A program made the translations under genes and the position numbers. A model generated the notes under the pieces. The model ran no database searches, had not been told where the DNA came from, and was given only the letters and a program-made list of their open reading frames with translations. From positions 1-55,701 of the forward strand of contig CAZJEO010000003.1 in the NCBI GenBank assembly GCA_964545065.1: a stretch of 55,701 nucleotides of DNA, in the 5' to 3' direction. Source of the DNA: Candidatus Woesearchaeota archaeon (GTDB taxonomy: Archaea > Nanobdellota > Nanobdellia > Pacearchaeales > GW2011-AR1). The first letter of the stretch is position 1, and the number at the start of each line of letters is the position of its first letter. Shown piece after piece: positions 8,764 to 18,217 of this stretch.

Positions 8764-11700
8764 ATGAAAAGATGCTTGGTAATTATTTGTGTTTTCTTTA
8801 TTTTGATTCTTTCACTTTCGTTTATCTCGGCTGGGTTTTTTTCAGATATTTGGAATAAAATAACAGGGAAGGTTGTAGAGGACTGTGATGACAGCGACGG
8901 GCATTTAGGTTTAGAAGGGAGTTATTATGTGAAGGGAACTGCTTGTGCGGCTAATGGTTGTTTTACAGATTCTTGTGTTGAGGAGGGAGGTTCTGTGTTG
9001 AGGGAATTTTCTTGTAGTCTGGATGAAAGAGTAGTTTATTTGAGATATACTTGTCCTGGGGGAAGTACTTGTTCTGAAGGAGTTTGTGGGGATGTTTGTG
9101 TTGCTGAAACTTGTGCTTCATTGGGGTATGAATGTGGAACTCATGATGATGGATGTGGAGGAAGTTTAGATTGCGATGTTTGTCCTAGTGGAGAAATATG
9201 CTCAAATGGAAAATGTATTGAAGAAGGACAAGGATGTGTGATTTTTTATCTTGATGCTGATGGGGATAGTTATGGTGTGACAGACAATCAGTGTTTAGAA
9301 TCTGCTGCAGGAGATTATACTGCTTCACAATCTGGAGATTGTGATGATTCTGATTTAGAAATTAATCCTTTGGCAGAAGAAGTTTGTGATGATAGTTTAG
9401 ATAATAATTGTGATGGAAATGTTGATGAGGGCTGTGTTGTTGAAGGAGAAGAAGTTCCTGGAGTTGGAGACGAGGAAGTTGTTGAAGGTGCTGAAGAGAT
9501 AACAGAGGGAGATATTGAAGAGGTGCTCGGGGAGACTGAAGGAAGTGGGGCATGTATTCCTGAAACAGAAATCTGTGATGATGAAATAGATAATGATTGT
9601 GATGAATTAGTGGATTATGATGATATGGAAGATTGTTCAAGATGTGAAAGAACAGATACAAGTTGTTATTATGATCTTGAAGGTGAAGCATGTGTTAGTT
9701 GTGCGTCGTTAGAACCTGTTGATTTGAATTGTAATTTTTTTAGGACAAAATTAAAGGCAAGAACTTTTGGATGTGGAGCCGGTAGTTGTGAAGAAAGTGT
9801 ATTACGATCTGTTATTGAGGATTGTGGGTTTGGATGTTCTGAAGATGAAGAAGGAGCTCATTGCATGACTCAAGAAGAATCTGAAGAGACGTCGCTATTT
9901 GTAGAGTTTATTGTAGATATTTTTGTTGCTAGTGAAGAAGCTGAAACAGTTGAAGAAGTTGAAGAAACAATTTCAGCATGTGTTCCTGAAACAGAAATTT
10001 GTGATGATGAAATAGATAATGATTGTGATGAGTTGGTTGATTATGATGATGTTGAAGAATGTGTTGTTGTGGAGGAAGTTGTTGAAGAAGAAATAGAATG
10101 TTTCCCTGAAGTGGAAACCTGTGAGGATGAAATAGATAATGATTGTGATGGAGAGATTGATGAAGTGGGTTGTAGCTCTGTTTATATAATTCAATTTTAT
10201 GATGCTCCTCTTGCAGAAAAAGAGTATGAATTAGAGAATCAGATAAAAGAATTAGAAGCGACTTTGTATATAGCAGAACAAGAACCTGAGGAATCGGGAG
10301 GTGTTTTCCAAACAAGGTCTCTTAATGAGATTTCTAAAGAATTAGAATCTATTAATTTAGAAGAAGAAATGCAAGAACATGAAGAGGTTTTAGAAGATAC
10401 AAGAAATTCTTTTAAAAATAAAATACTCTCAGATAAAAGTATTACTGGTTCTGCTGTTGAAGGAGAAGTAGAAGATATTATAGTGGCAGAGTATAAGTAT
10501 GCTCTTAATGGTATGGCAATTAGATTGACTCCTGAAATGGCTGCTGAAGTTGAGGGGTATAAGGGAGTTAAGAGTGTTAGTAAGAGTATGAAAATGGAAT
10601 TTGCCTTAGATAATTCAGTTCCCTTAATGCAAGCAAATATTGTTTGGATTTATAATAATCAAGATAGACTTTGTAGAGATGAAAAAAATTGTTTAACAGG
10701 TAAAGGTATTAAGGTAGCTATTATAGACTCCGGTATAGACTATACTCATCCTGCTTTTGGTTCTTGCACAAAAGAAGAAATAGATGGTGGTAATTGTGAA
10801 AAAATAGGTTTAGTAAAAACATACGCTTCATCATTTGATGCTCTTGACTTAATTGGTCATGGAACACATGTAGCAGGAATAATAGCTGCTAAAACAGATT
10901 TAGATAGAGATGGTTCTTATTGTGAAGTTGATGAAGGAGAAATCTGTGGAATTGCTCCAGATTCTGAACTTTATATATATCAGCTTTCTGATTCTGATTC
11001 ATTTGGGGAATATGTTGTAGCTTCTGCTATTGATGATGCTGTTAGCCAGGGTGTTGATATAATATCTATAAGTGTGACTTTTTACCCTTCTGTTATGCCA
11101 ATGTTAGATAATCCTGCAAATAAACCTTTATGTGTTTCAGTAGCAAATGCGTTCAATGCTGGTATCTTTGTTGTCGCAGCTGCAGGAAATAGGGGTCCAA
11201 ATAAAAATACTGTTGGGTTTCCTGCAGGCTGTATTAAAACATTTGCGGTAGGTAATTTTGATAATATTCTTGGATTACGTTATGGTGGTGAAAAATTAAT
11301 ACATTGGTCAAGTTCAAGAGGACCTATTAGTTATATAGATCCCAAGAATAATTATGTATTTACTTACCCTAAACCAGACATTGTGGCTCCTGGAAGAGAG
11401 ATATGTTCTGCTAATCCTTTATATATGGGAGAAGAATTTGGTGATAAGACTTGTGTTTCTGGTTTTGAAGATGAGATTAATCGCTATCGATGGGGTACTG
11501 GAACTAGTATGGCAACACCTCATGTTGCTGGAGTTGCTGCTCTTTTAAAACAGGCAAAACCAGATTTAACAGCGTATGAATTATGGGATATTTTAAAGGA
11601 TGGTGCACTTGGAGAAGATGTATTCCCGGGGTTCAAAACTATTTTTGATGAAAATGACCGTGGAGCAGGTTTCCTACATGCTTATGAAGCTTATAATAAA

Positions 11701-12576
11701 TTAATGGATAAGATGGAAAAAGATGAAAGAATCGCAAGTAATTATTATGATAAAAATTGTGGCGGGCCGTGTGAAGCTGCGACTGATTCTTTTAGAACAC
11801 TAACAGTAGATGATGAAGAAGGAAATGCTATGAGAATTTTAAGTGTTAATAGAGATGGGAGTGTTGGACAAGATTGTACAAAGTATGAAGATCATTTTTG
11901 TAGTGGAACTAACCTTTATACAAAAACTAGAAGATGTAGTGATGGAGATTGTGTTAGGAGGGATGATTCTGAAGCAGTGGTAGCAGTGAATTGTGCAGAA
12001 GAAGAACCAGAGTTGCTCTGTAATAAAATAGTGGAAGATAGTAGGGGGATGTTTAGTCGTGGGGATGCTGTGTATGAACATAAACGAACTTGTAAGACTG
12101 AAAAGTTGTGGAGTGTAATTTCAACAGGTTGTTCTTTTGAGGAAGAGGGTACTCTTGTGGAGGACTGTTCTTATGGTTGTGAGTTTGATGTTGAACAAGG
12201 AAAGGCTGTTTGCGTTGATTGTAAAGGTTTGTCTTCTGGTAAAAAAGTTAATCTCTTCACAAGAAATGCTTGTTGTGATGGTTGGAAATGGATTCAGAAA
12301 AATAGGATTTGCAGGGCTTCTAATTGCCCGGCAGTTCATAAATTATGTAGGGCTGAAAATTCTAATGATTATCCGGGGTGTGGTGTTTTACGTGATAAAT
12401 TTTGTCAATCCTCTGAATGTGGGACATTTTTGGGAATAACCCTATTTTGTTGGAATCCAGCATGTGGGCAAATCTATAAATTGTGCAGATCTCCTACTGA
12501 ATGTAAATTTTCATATAATAAATTCTGTGCATCATCTGAATGTGGGACAAAGAATGATTATATGGTTTGTAAGTAA
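8764..12576 (+). CDS. Secreted Cys-rich subtilisin-like serine protease (S8) with MopE-like metal-binding-motif repeats
   Basis: It has a Sec-type signal (MKRCLVIICVFFILILSLSFISA). DCDD...NP..EE.CD...DN.CDG.VDE modules are present. An I9-like propeptide is suggested by YKYALNGMAIRLTPEMAAEVEGYKGVKSV. The S8 triad contexts are VAIIDSGIDYTHP, GHGTHVAGIIAA and GTGTSMATPHVAGVAALL. The C-terminal tail is Cys-rich with two KFC.SSECGT motifs. Confidence 0.85.
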   Translation: MKRCLVIICVFFILILSLSFISAGFFSDIWNKITGKVVEDCDDSDGHLGLEGSYYVKGTACAANGCFTDSCVEEGGSVLREFSCSLDERVVYLRYTCPGGSTCSEGVCGDVCVAETCASLGYECGTHDDGCGGSLDCDVCPSGEICSNGKCIEEGQGCVIFYLDADGDSYGVTDNQCLESAAGDYTASQSGDCDDSDLEINPLAEEVCDDSLDNNCDGNVDEGCVVEGEEVPGVGDEEVVEGAEEITEGDIEEVLGETEGSGACIPETEICDDEIDNDCDELVDYDDMEDCSRCERTDTSCYYDLEGEACVSCASLEPVDLNCNFFRTKLKARTFGCGAGSCEESVLRSVIEDCGFGCSEDEEGAHCMTQEESEETSLFVEFIVDIFVASEEAETVEEVEETISACVPETEICDDEIDNDCDELVDYDDVEECVVVEEVVEEEIECFPEVETCEDEIDNDCDGEIDEVGCSSVYIIQFYDAPLAEKEYELENQIKELEATLYIAEQEPEESGGVFQTRSLNEISKELESINLEEEMQEHEEVLEDTRNSFKNKILSDKSITGSAVEGEVEDIIVAEYKYALNGMAIRLTPEMAAEVEGYKGVKSVSKSMKMEFALDNSVPLMQANIVWIYNNQDRLCRDEKNCLTGKGIKVAIIDSGIDYTHPAFGSCTKEEIDGGNCEKIGLVKTYASSFDALDLIGHGTHVAGIIAAKTDLDRDGSYCEVDEGEICGIAPDSELYIYQLSDSDSFGEYVVASAIDDAVSQGVDIISISVTFYPSVMPMLDNPANKPLCVSVANAFNAGIFVVAAAGNRGPNKNTVGFPAGCIKTFAVGNFDNILGLRYGGEKLIHWSSSRGPISYIDPKNNYVFTYPKPDIVAPGREICSANPLYMGEEFGDKTCVSGFEDEINRYRWGTGTSMATPHVAGVAALLKQAKPDLTAYELWDILKDGALGEDVFPGFKTIFDENDRGAGFLHAYEAYNKLMDKMEKDERIASNYYDKNCGGPCEAATDSFRTLTVDDEEGNAMRILSVNRDGSVGQDCTKYEDHFCSGTNLYTKTRRCSDGDCVRRDDSEAVVAVNCAEEEPELLCNKIVEDSRGMFSRGDAVYEHKRTCKTEKLWSVISTGCSFEEEGTLVEDCSYGCEFDVEQGKAVCVDCKGLSSGKKVNLFTRNACCDGWKWIQKNRICRASNCPAVHKLCRAENSNDYPGCGVLRDKFCQSSECGTFLGITLFCWNPACGQIYKLCRSPTECKFSYNKFCASSECGTKNDYMVCK
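9550..9635 (+). repeat. Intragenic near-identical DNA repeat, copy 1 (encodes ACIPETEICDDEIDNDCDELVDYDD)
   Basis: gcatgtattcctgaaacagaaatctgtgatgatgaaatagataatgattgtgatgaattagtggattatgatgat recurs at 9976-10061 with few substitutions. A more diverged third copy lies at ~10096-10177. Confidence 0.85.
9976..10061 (+). repeat. Intragenic near-identical DNA repeat, copy 2
   Basis: It lies 426 nt downstream of copy 1 in the same frame and encodes ACVPETEICDDEIDNDCDELVDYDD. Confidence 0.85.
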
Positions 12577-12600
12577 AGAGAGTTATTCTGTGATTAATTA

Positions 12601-12608
12601 TTTAAATT
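12601..12608 (+). promoter_or_regulatory. TATA-box candidate for archease gene
   Basis: AATTATTTAAATT (12596-12608) is centred ~24 nt upstream of ATG 12628. Confidence 0.5.
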
Positions 12609-12627
12609 GTTATAACATCTTATTTTT

Positions 12628-13044
12628 ATGAAAAAATTCAAATTCCTAGAACACACAGCAGATATACAGTTTCAGGCATTTGGAAAAACAGTTGAAGAAA
12701 TGTTTGGAAATGCTAGTTTGGCAATGTTTAATTCAATGTACGACGGAAAAGTCAAAGCAAAGAAAACAGTTAAGGTGAAAGCCAGTGGGAAAGATTATGA
12801 ATCTCTTTTGTATAATTTTCTAGAAGAACTTTTAGTTTTGTTTGATGGTGAGGGGTTTTTTCTTTCGAAAGTTAAGAGTTTGAAAATTACAAAGTGGGAT
12901 GGATTTAAATTAGAGGCAGAAGTTGTTGGAGATGATGCAAAGAATTATGAGTTGCATATAGATGTTAAAGCGATAACTTATCACAGCATGTTTGTAAAAC
13001 AAGAAGGTAAGAAGTGGGTGGGCCAAGTTGTTTTGGATGTTTGA
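12628..13044 (+). CDS. Archease (RtcB activator)
   Basis: N-terminal FLEHTADIQFQAFGKTVEEMFGNASLAM matches the archease signature (EHTAD...). Size is 138 aa and it is adjacent to rtcB. Confidence 0.85.
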   Translation: MKKFKFLEHTADIQFQAFGKTVEEMFGNASLAMFNSMYDGKVKAKKTVKVKASGKDYESLLYNFLEELLVLFDGEGFFLSKVKSLKITKWDGFKLEAEVVGDDAKNYELHIDVKAITYHSMFVKQEGKKWVGQVVLDV

Positions 13045-13057
13045 GAAAAGATTAATA

Positions 13058-13106
13058 TGCTCACAACAAACCTTGTCAAGTTGTTCGCTAAGAATATAAT
13101 TAATGA
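13058..13106 (+). repeat. Intergenic motif shared with 31363-31405
   Basis: tgctcacaacaaaccttgtcaagttgttcgctaagaatataattaatga aligns with tgctcacaacagacttcttgttcgctaaaaatttagttaatga, with one 6-nt indel and a few substitutions. Confidence 0.6.
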
Positions 13107-13187
13107 GTATAGATTTTAGAAGTTTGGTTTATTGTTGCGGATTTTGATTAGTAAATTTTATTTGAGTGAGTTTACGAGCGAGCAAAT

Positions 13188-13197
13188 TATTTAAATT
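13188..13197 (+). promoter_or_regulatory. TATA-box candidate for rtcB
   Basis: AATTATTTAAATTAGATT is centred ~24 nt upstream of ATG 13217. The same extended motif occurs at 3397-3415. Confidence 0.5.
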
Positions 13198-13216
13198 AGA
13201 TTAGCTCTATACAAAG

Positions 13217-14638
13217 ATGGTATTGAAGAAAATTTCAAAAAATATTTATGAGATTCCTAAGGAAGGTGGGATGAATGTTCCTGCGCGAATTTATGCATCT
13301 GAGAAGCTGATAGATTTGGTTCAGAAAGATCAAGCATTAGAGCAAATCAAAAATGTTGCTATGCTTCCTGGAATTTTGGATTCTGCTATAGCTTTGGCAG
13401 ATATACATGTCGGTTATGGTTTTCCAATTGGCGGGGTTGCTGCGTTTGATTTAGATAAGGGAATTATTAGTCCTGGCGGAGTTGGTTATGATATTAATTG
13501 TTCTGTGAGATTGCTGAAAACAAATTTGAAAAAAGCAGATGTGGTGAAAAAGCAAAAAGAAGTTGTTGAAGCTCTTTATCGGAAGATACCTTCGGGTGTT
13601 GGGCGAGGTAGTGTGTTTAAAATGTCAAAACAAGAACTTGCGAAGGTTTTGGAAGGCGGTGCGAAATACATGGTTGAGAAAGGTTATGGGTTTGAGGAAG
13701 ATTATTTACATACAGAGGAAGAAGGTTATATTAATGGTGCTGATGCGAGCAAAGTTTCTGACAGAGCGATTAGAAGAGGCATTGGACAACTTGGAACTTT
13801 GGGAGCTGGGAATCATTTTTTAGAAGTGCAGTATGTTGATGAAATTTTTGATGAGAAAATTGCAAAGGTTTTAGGAATTGCAAAAGGCCAAGTGACAATT
13901 ATGATCCATTGTGGGAGTCGGGGACTTGGACATCAAGTGGCTTCTGATTATATTAAGAAAATGGAAGATGAATATGGGTCAGATAATTTGTCTGATAGAG
14001 AATTAATTAATGCTCCAATAAAAAGTGCGTTGGGCAAGGAGTATTATGCTGCGGCTGCGGCTGCGTCGAATTTTGCTTTTGCAAACAAGCAATTAATTAC
14101 TCATTGGATTAGGGAAGAGATGGCTTATTTGTTTCCTAAGAAAAAATTAAAGATTGACGTTGTTTATGATGTTTGCCATAATATTGCTAAGTTTGAAAAG
14201 CATTTGGTCGAGGGAAAGATGAAAGAAGTTTGTGTTCATAGAAAAGGTGCTACTCGGGCTTTTGGTGCTGGCAGAGTAGAGGTTCCAAAAGCGTACAGAA
14301 AAATAGGGCAGCCAGTTATAATTCCAGGGAGTATGGGGACTTCATCTTATTTAATGATAGGAACAAAAAAAGCAGAGGAATTGACTTTTGGTAGTACTGT
14401 TCATGGGGCTGGTAGAGTTTCAAGTCGGAGCAAGGCATTGAGAGAAATTAAGGGGGAAGATATTAAAGAAGAACTTCATGAAAAAGGAATTGAAGTGAAG
14501 GCGGGAAGTGTGAAAAGCCTTGCAGAAGAATCTCCAGGAGTTTACAAAGATATTGAAGAAGTTATAAAAGTTATCGATGAACTTGGGTTAAGTAAGAAAG
14601 TTGCTCGGTTAAAGCCGTTGTGTGTTGTTAAGGGTTGA
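13217..14638 (+). CDS. rtcB: RNA-splicing ligase RtcB
   Basis: Conserved RtcB blocks are present: GYDINCSVRLL, GAGNHFLEVQ, HCGSRGLGHQ, CHNIA, PGSMGTSSY and STVHGAGR. Length is 473 aa. Confidence 0.95.
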   Translation: MVLKKISKNIYEIPKEGGMNVPARIYASEKLIDLVQKDQALEQIKNVAMLPGILDSAIALADIHVGYGFPIGGVAAFDLDKGIISPGGVGYDINCSVRLLKTNLKKADVVKKQKEVVEALYRKIPSGVGRGSVFKMSKQELAKVLEGGAKYMVEKGYGFEEDYLHTEEEGYINGADASKVSDRAIRRGIGQLGTLGAGNHFLEVQYVDEIFDEKIAKVLGIAKGQVTIMIHCGSRGLGHQVASDYIKKMEDEYGSDNLSDRELINAPIKSALGKEYYAAAAAASNFAFANKQLITHWIREEMAYLFPKKKLKIDVVYDVCHNIAKFEKHLVEGKMKEVCVHRKGATRAFGAGRVEVPKAYRKIGQPVIIPGSMGTSSYLMIGTKKAEELTFGSTVHGAGRVSSRSKALREIKGEDIKEELHEKGIEVKAGSVKSLAEESPGVYKDIEEVIKVIDELGLSKKVARLKPLCVVKG

Positions 14639-14864
14639 GTATAGAAATTTATATAAAGTTTGAGTCACTTAGTTTTTGTGAGGTGGTCAGCACTTCAGAC
14701 TGCTTGTGACCTTTGGTTATTTCTGAAGAAAACAAAATGATGCAAGTTCAACAAAAACAAGCACCAAAAATAAGAGAGCTCATAGAAATTGCTGGCAGAT
14801 TTATTAAAGATTCCTAAAAAGAAATGGAAATTGACCCCGTTGATATTCCAAGATAACGACTAAA

Positions 14865-15110
14865 ATGACAGAACTGAATCCCAAAGTATTAAAGAAAAGA
14901 TTAATTGAACTTTATTCCGCTTTTTTGAAAGACCCAGATAATTCAGGAATAAAATATTCAGCTAATAAAATTTATTGGGATTATTCAGGAGCAATAGAGC
15001 ATTTTTTAGATGAAAATACTGGGAATGCTGTTGGGCAAGCTGTTTATATAACAACTGGCGAAATGACTATAGAAAAGGCAAAGGAAATTTTAGAATCTCT
15101 TCAAAAATAA
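14865..15110 (+). CDS. Hypothetical protein (81 aa)
   Basis: It is an ATG ORF followed by a hairpin and T-tract. I recognise no motif. Confidence 0.4.
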   Translation: MTELNPKVLKKRLIELYSAFLKDPDNSGIKYSANKIYWDYSGAIEHFLDENTGNAVGQAVYITTGEMTIEKAKEILESLQK

Positions 15111-15120
15111 TAAATTTTTA

Positions 15121-15150
15121 CGGGCTCGTTAGAGCCTTTTTTTATTTTTA
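15121..15150 (+). terminator. Hairpin + T-tract terminator candidate
   Basis: GGGCTC-gtta-GAGCC is followed by TTTTTTTATTTTT, 11 nt after the 15110 stop. Confidence 0.5.
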
Positions 15151-15186
15151 ATAAATTAGTTAAACTCAAAGAATCCTCCAATAAAT

Positions 15187-15693
15187 ATGAATAAACAAGA
15201 AATTTTAGAAGAATTAAAAGAACAATTCAATGAAACTAAGAAAAGATTAGGTTTTAAATCAACTTTTGAAGAGATTAATAAAATATCTTATCTTGAGGAT
15301 ATGGCTCTTTCTCAAGGTTTTGTTAGCAATCAATTTTCAAGGCAAATGATTAATAGAATGTTCGAAACATTCTATAGTTGGATACCAGAATTGTATGTGT
15401 GGCTTTATCCTGATCCAATGGATATAATTCACTTAAATGAAAGCAAAAAATTATCTGATGAAGAGAAAAAAGAAATTCTTAGTATTATTGACAAAATAAT
15501 GTACTTTGTTAGAAAAACTAAAAGAATTGCTTTTGAAGGATTAATCAAGAGGGAAGAAGGTAAATTTGTTGATGAATTGGTTGAATTTTATAAAAAAGAT
15601 TTCAATCCGTTTATGTTGAAATATCACAAGAAACTCGAGAAAATTTGGGAAGATGAAATTTTTAGAGATATCTCAAATAAAAAGGATCAATAG
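15187..15693 (+). CDS. Hypothetical protein (168 aa)
   Basis: It is a clean ATG ORF with a soluble K/E-rich product. No recognisable motif. Confidence 0.5.
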   Translation: MNKQEILEELKEQFNETKKRLGFKSTFEEINKISYLEDMALSQGFVSNQFSRQMINRMFETFYSWIPELYVWLYPDPMDIIHLNESKKLSDEEKKEILSIIDKIMYFVRKTKRIAFEGLIKREEGKFVDELVEFYKKDFNPFMLKYHKKLEKIWEDEIFRDISNKKDQ

Positions 15694-15716
15694 AAAATAT
15701 AAATTTCTTAATCTTC

Positions 15717-17633
15717 TCAATTCATCCAATTCATACCTAAAATATTATCTAATCTTTCTCCAGCTGGATATGTTTCTTCGTATAATAATCTAGATGCAAT
15801 ATAATCGAGGTTTTGTGGTTCTTGAAATTTATCTCCTAACACGGATTTATCTGCTAATCTAAATGCATGACCTGAAAATCCAATTACATGCATGACTTCA
15901 TGTGGGAGTGTTCCTTTATAATATACTCTTCCTTCATCAGGGATTTCTTCATCGGTTGCTACTTTTAATGTTATCACTGCAACATCTGTGAAATAATCTA
16001 TTGGTCTGCTTAAATCAGTAGAAAAGGCCCTACCCCAAACAGGTTCTCCATAAGCCATTGGATTAAACTCTGGTTTAATTGCTATCCATCCCCTCTCAGA
16101 ATTTATTCTCTCTACATCATCTTTTGAAACAATCTCTACATGTTCTTCTTTTATTTTTCCTGGAAGCAAGCCCCCAATATCATTTGGGTCTAGTATTCTA
16201 TTTGTGATATCAGTATTTATTTCTGAAAAATACCCCTCCTCTATGCCTTCTAGGCCTTCACTAAATATATAAAGTTTCTTAAAAGATTCTACATCAGGGA
16301 ATTCTCCAAAGTTAAATTTCCATAAAATTGGGTTTAGTCCATCAATTTCATCATCAGGGAGAGTAGATATTATTCTATAAGGTGTGAGTATTTCTATCAT
16401 ATGCCTTTTGAATAATTCTATATCTGGAATTCCATCTTCATCTACATCAACATAAGGTTGTGGTCTTATTATGAGATTAGGAAAATCATCTCCAGAAATT
16501 TCTATTGTTCTGACATAACTGCCATCTGACAGTGCTGCTTGTAAAATAAGTTTTTCATAAGGTTGTTCTACACTAAAACTGAAATTTCCCTGCTCATTTG
16601 CTGTTGCTGATGTTAAAAAATTTCTTAAACTATCATAAACTTGTATTGATCCAGATTGGGGGGTATTTGTTTGACAATCTTCTAGTCTCCCTGAAATATA
16701 AGGAAGATTGTATAATGTTCCTTCAAGAGTTTTTGTAGTTATGCCTCCAAGAGCATTTACAAGTTCAAAATCAATCTCATATGAACTAGTTGTATTTGGT
16801 TCTCCTGCTTGTCTTATTATTTCATTTCCATCTGTGGTGGCAGTTATATTTTCACTAACATTTGTTACTCTAAATGTTACTGGCATATGTTCAGAATTTT
16901 TATCAGATAAAACCACTCGATCTCTTTTTTCTTCTCCTTGTGTTATGTCTGTATTAACATTACTAGTATCCCATTCAGATGGATAATCTTCAATATTCAT
17001 ACTTTTAGTATCAGTTAAATTATTGGCTTCTAAGACAAAAGAATAATCTCCTATTTTCCTATCTGAAAATGTTTCTGTAAAATTTCCATTAACAATTCTT
17101 TCTATTATTGGTTCTGGATTTTCATTGTGATAAACTTTTAATACAGCTTCTTCTAAATCAGAAAGAGTAGCACTATATTCAATATCCACATAATTAATTA
17201 ATTCAAGATTTTGTGATAATGAGGGATTATCTATGCTAACTAATACAGATTTTGATTCTGCTGTTGCTTCAGCCATATCTGTTATCTGACCATAAATTTT
17301 TATATCTTCTTCTTGACTAAAAGTCCTGGATATATTAATTGGATTTGGGTGAATTATTACCTCGTCATTAGATGTTCCTTCTCTGTCTATGGTTAATTTA
17401 TATTCAACTATATCATTCTCTCCATCAGGATCTTCTCCTTCAAACTGTATATTAACTTCTAATGGAACATTACCTGAAACAGGAGAAACATTAAATGTTG
17501 TTATATAAGGTGGCCTGTTTGGTATTGGATATACACATCCTGAACTACCAATTACTGATGAAGCAAGAGCTATAAGAATTCCTTTTTTTATTTTTTTCCC
17601 TAATTGGTCAATTAAAGTATGTACCATATCCAT
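15717..17633 (-). CDS. Secreted/lipoprotein-type HExxH zinc metalloprotease with PKD/Ig-like repeats
   Basis: The N-terminus GILIALASSVIGSSGC resembles a lipobox. The central part is beta-rich. The C-terminal LPHEVMHVIGFSGH is HExxH..G...H, metzincin-like but with one extra residue before the third His. Confidence 0.6.
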   Translation of the reverse strand: MDMVHTLIDQLGKKIKKGILIALASSVIGSSGCVYPIPNRPPYITTFNVSPVSGNVPLEVNIQFEGEDPDGENDIVEYKLTIDREGTSNDEVIIHPNPINISRTFSQEEDIKIYGQITDMAEATAESKSVLVSIDNPSLSQNLELINYVDIEYSATLSDLEEAVLKVYHNENPEPIIERIVNGNFTETFSDRKIGDYSFVLEANNLTDTKSMNIEDYPSEWDTSNVNTDITQGEEKRDRVVLSDKNSEHMPVTFRVTNVSENITATTDGNEIIRQAGEPNTTSSYEIDFELVNALGGITTKTLEGTLYNLPYISGRLEDCQTNTPQSGSIQVYDSLRNFLTSATANEQGNFSFSVEQPYEKLILQAALSDGSYVRTIEISGDDFPNLIIRPQPYVDVDEDGIPDIELFKRHMIEILTPYRIISTLPDDEIDGLNPILWKFNFGEFPDVESFKKLYIFSEGLEGIEEGYFSEINTDITNRILDPNDIGGLLPGKIKEEHVEIVSKDDVERINSERGWIAIKPEFNPMAYGEPVWGRAFSTDLSRPIDYFTDVAVITLKVATDEEIPDEGRVYYKGTLPHEVMHVIGFSGHAFRLADKSVLGDKFQEPQNLDYIASRLLYEETYPAGERLDNILGMNWMN

Positions 17634-17692
17634 TGGTTATACTGTCCTTTTATAAGGGTTTTCATTTATAAAAAATTTTCTAAATTGCTAAT

Positions 17693-17702
17693 ATTTATAA
17701 AA
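17693..17702 (+). promoter_or_regulatory. TATA-box candidate (ATATTTATAAA family)
   Basis: atatttataaaa is centred ~25 nt upstream of ATG 17723. Confidence 0.5.
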
Positions 17703-17722
17703 GATGTTTTATTATTGTAGTT

Positions 17723-18172
17723 ATGCAAAAAAGAGGAATGAGTAATCAGACAATTATCATGATGGTTGTTGGGGTGTTAGTGTTGTTAGGAATTATACTT
17801 GGTGTTGTTTTTCTTGGGGGAGAGAAAGAAGCAGAGTCAAATCCTATTGCTGAGCAATGTGAGTCTCAATGTGAAGCTGGAAGTGTTCCTGGATTTTGTT
17901 CAATGCAGAGGGAAGTTGAGGAAGACTTATCTTTAACATGTGATACTCTTGCAACAAATTCACAATATGCAAGTTATGATGTTGAGGCTTGTCCTACAAT
18001 TTCATGCACCAGCCAAGAATCATCTCCTTTGAGTCAAACATGTATTGCATTGGGCGGAGAATGGGAAACTCCTGCTGTTGGAGGAGATTGTGTGCAAGAC
18101 AGCGATAAGATAAAAAGAAAGATAACTACTTCTGATGATGCTCCTGAAGAAGGAAAGATTTGTTGTAGATAA
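17723..18172 (+). CDS. Small Cys-rich pilin-like/secreted protein
   Basis: N-terminus is MQKRG/MSNQTIIMMVVGVLVLLGIILGVVFL, class-III-like. The 149-aa product has 11 Cys. Confidence 0.5.
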   Translation: MQKRGMSNQTIIMMVVGVLVLLGIILGVVFLGGEKEAESNPIAEQCESQCEAGSVPGFCSMQREVEEDLSLTCDTLATNSQYASYDVEACPTISCTSQESSPLSQTCIALGGEWETPAVGGDCVQDSDKIKRKITTSDDAPEEGKICCR

Positions 18173-18183
18173 TCTATATAAGA

Positions 18184-18195
18184 ATATTTATAAAT
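18184..18195 (+). promoter_or_regulatory. TATA-box candidate (ATATTTATAAA family)
   Basis: atatttataaat is centred ~28 nt upstream of ATG 18218. Confidence 0.5.
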
Positions 18196-18217
18196 AGTAT
18201 TGAGTTAGTATAATAAA

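Noticed and set aside
14737-14817. 26-codon ORF (MMQVQQKQAPKIRELIEIAGRFIKDS) in the rtcB-downstream spacer
   Set aside because: It is too short and motif-free to support. It is mentioned only in the context of the possible structured leader.
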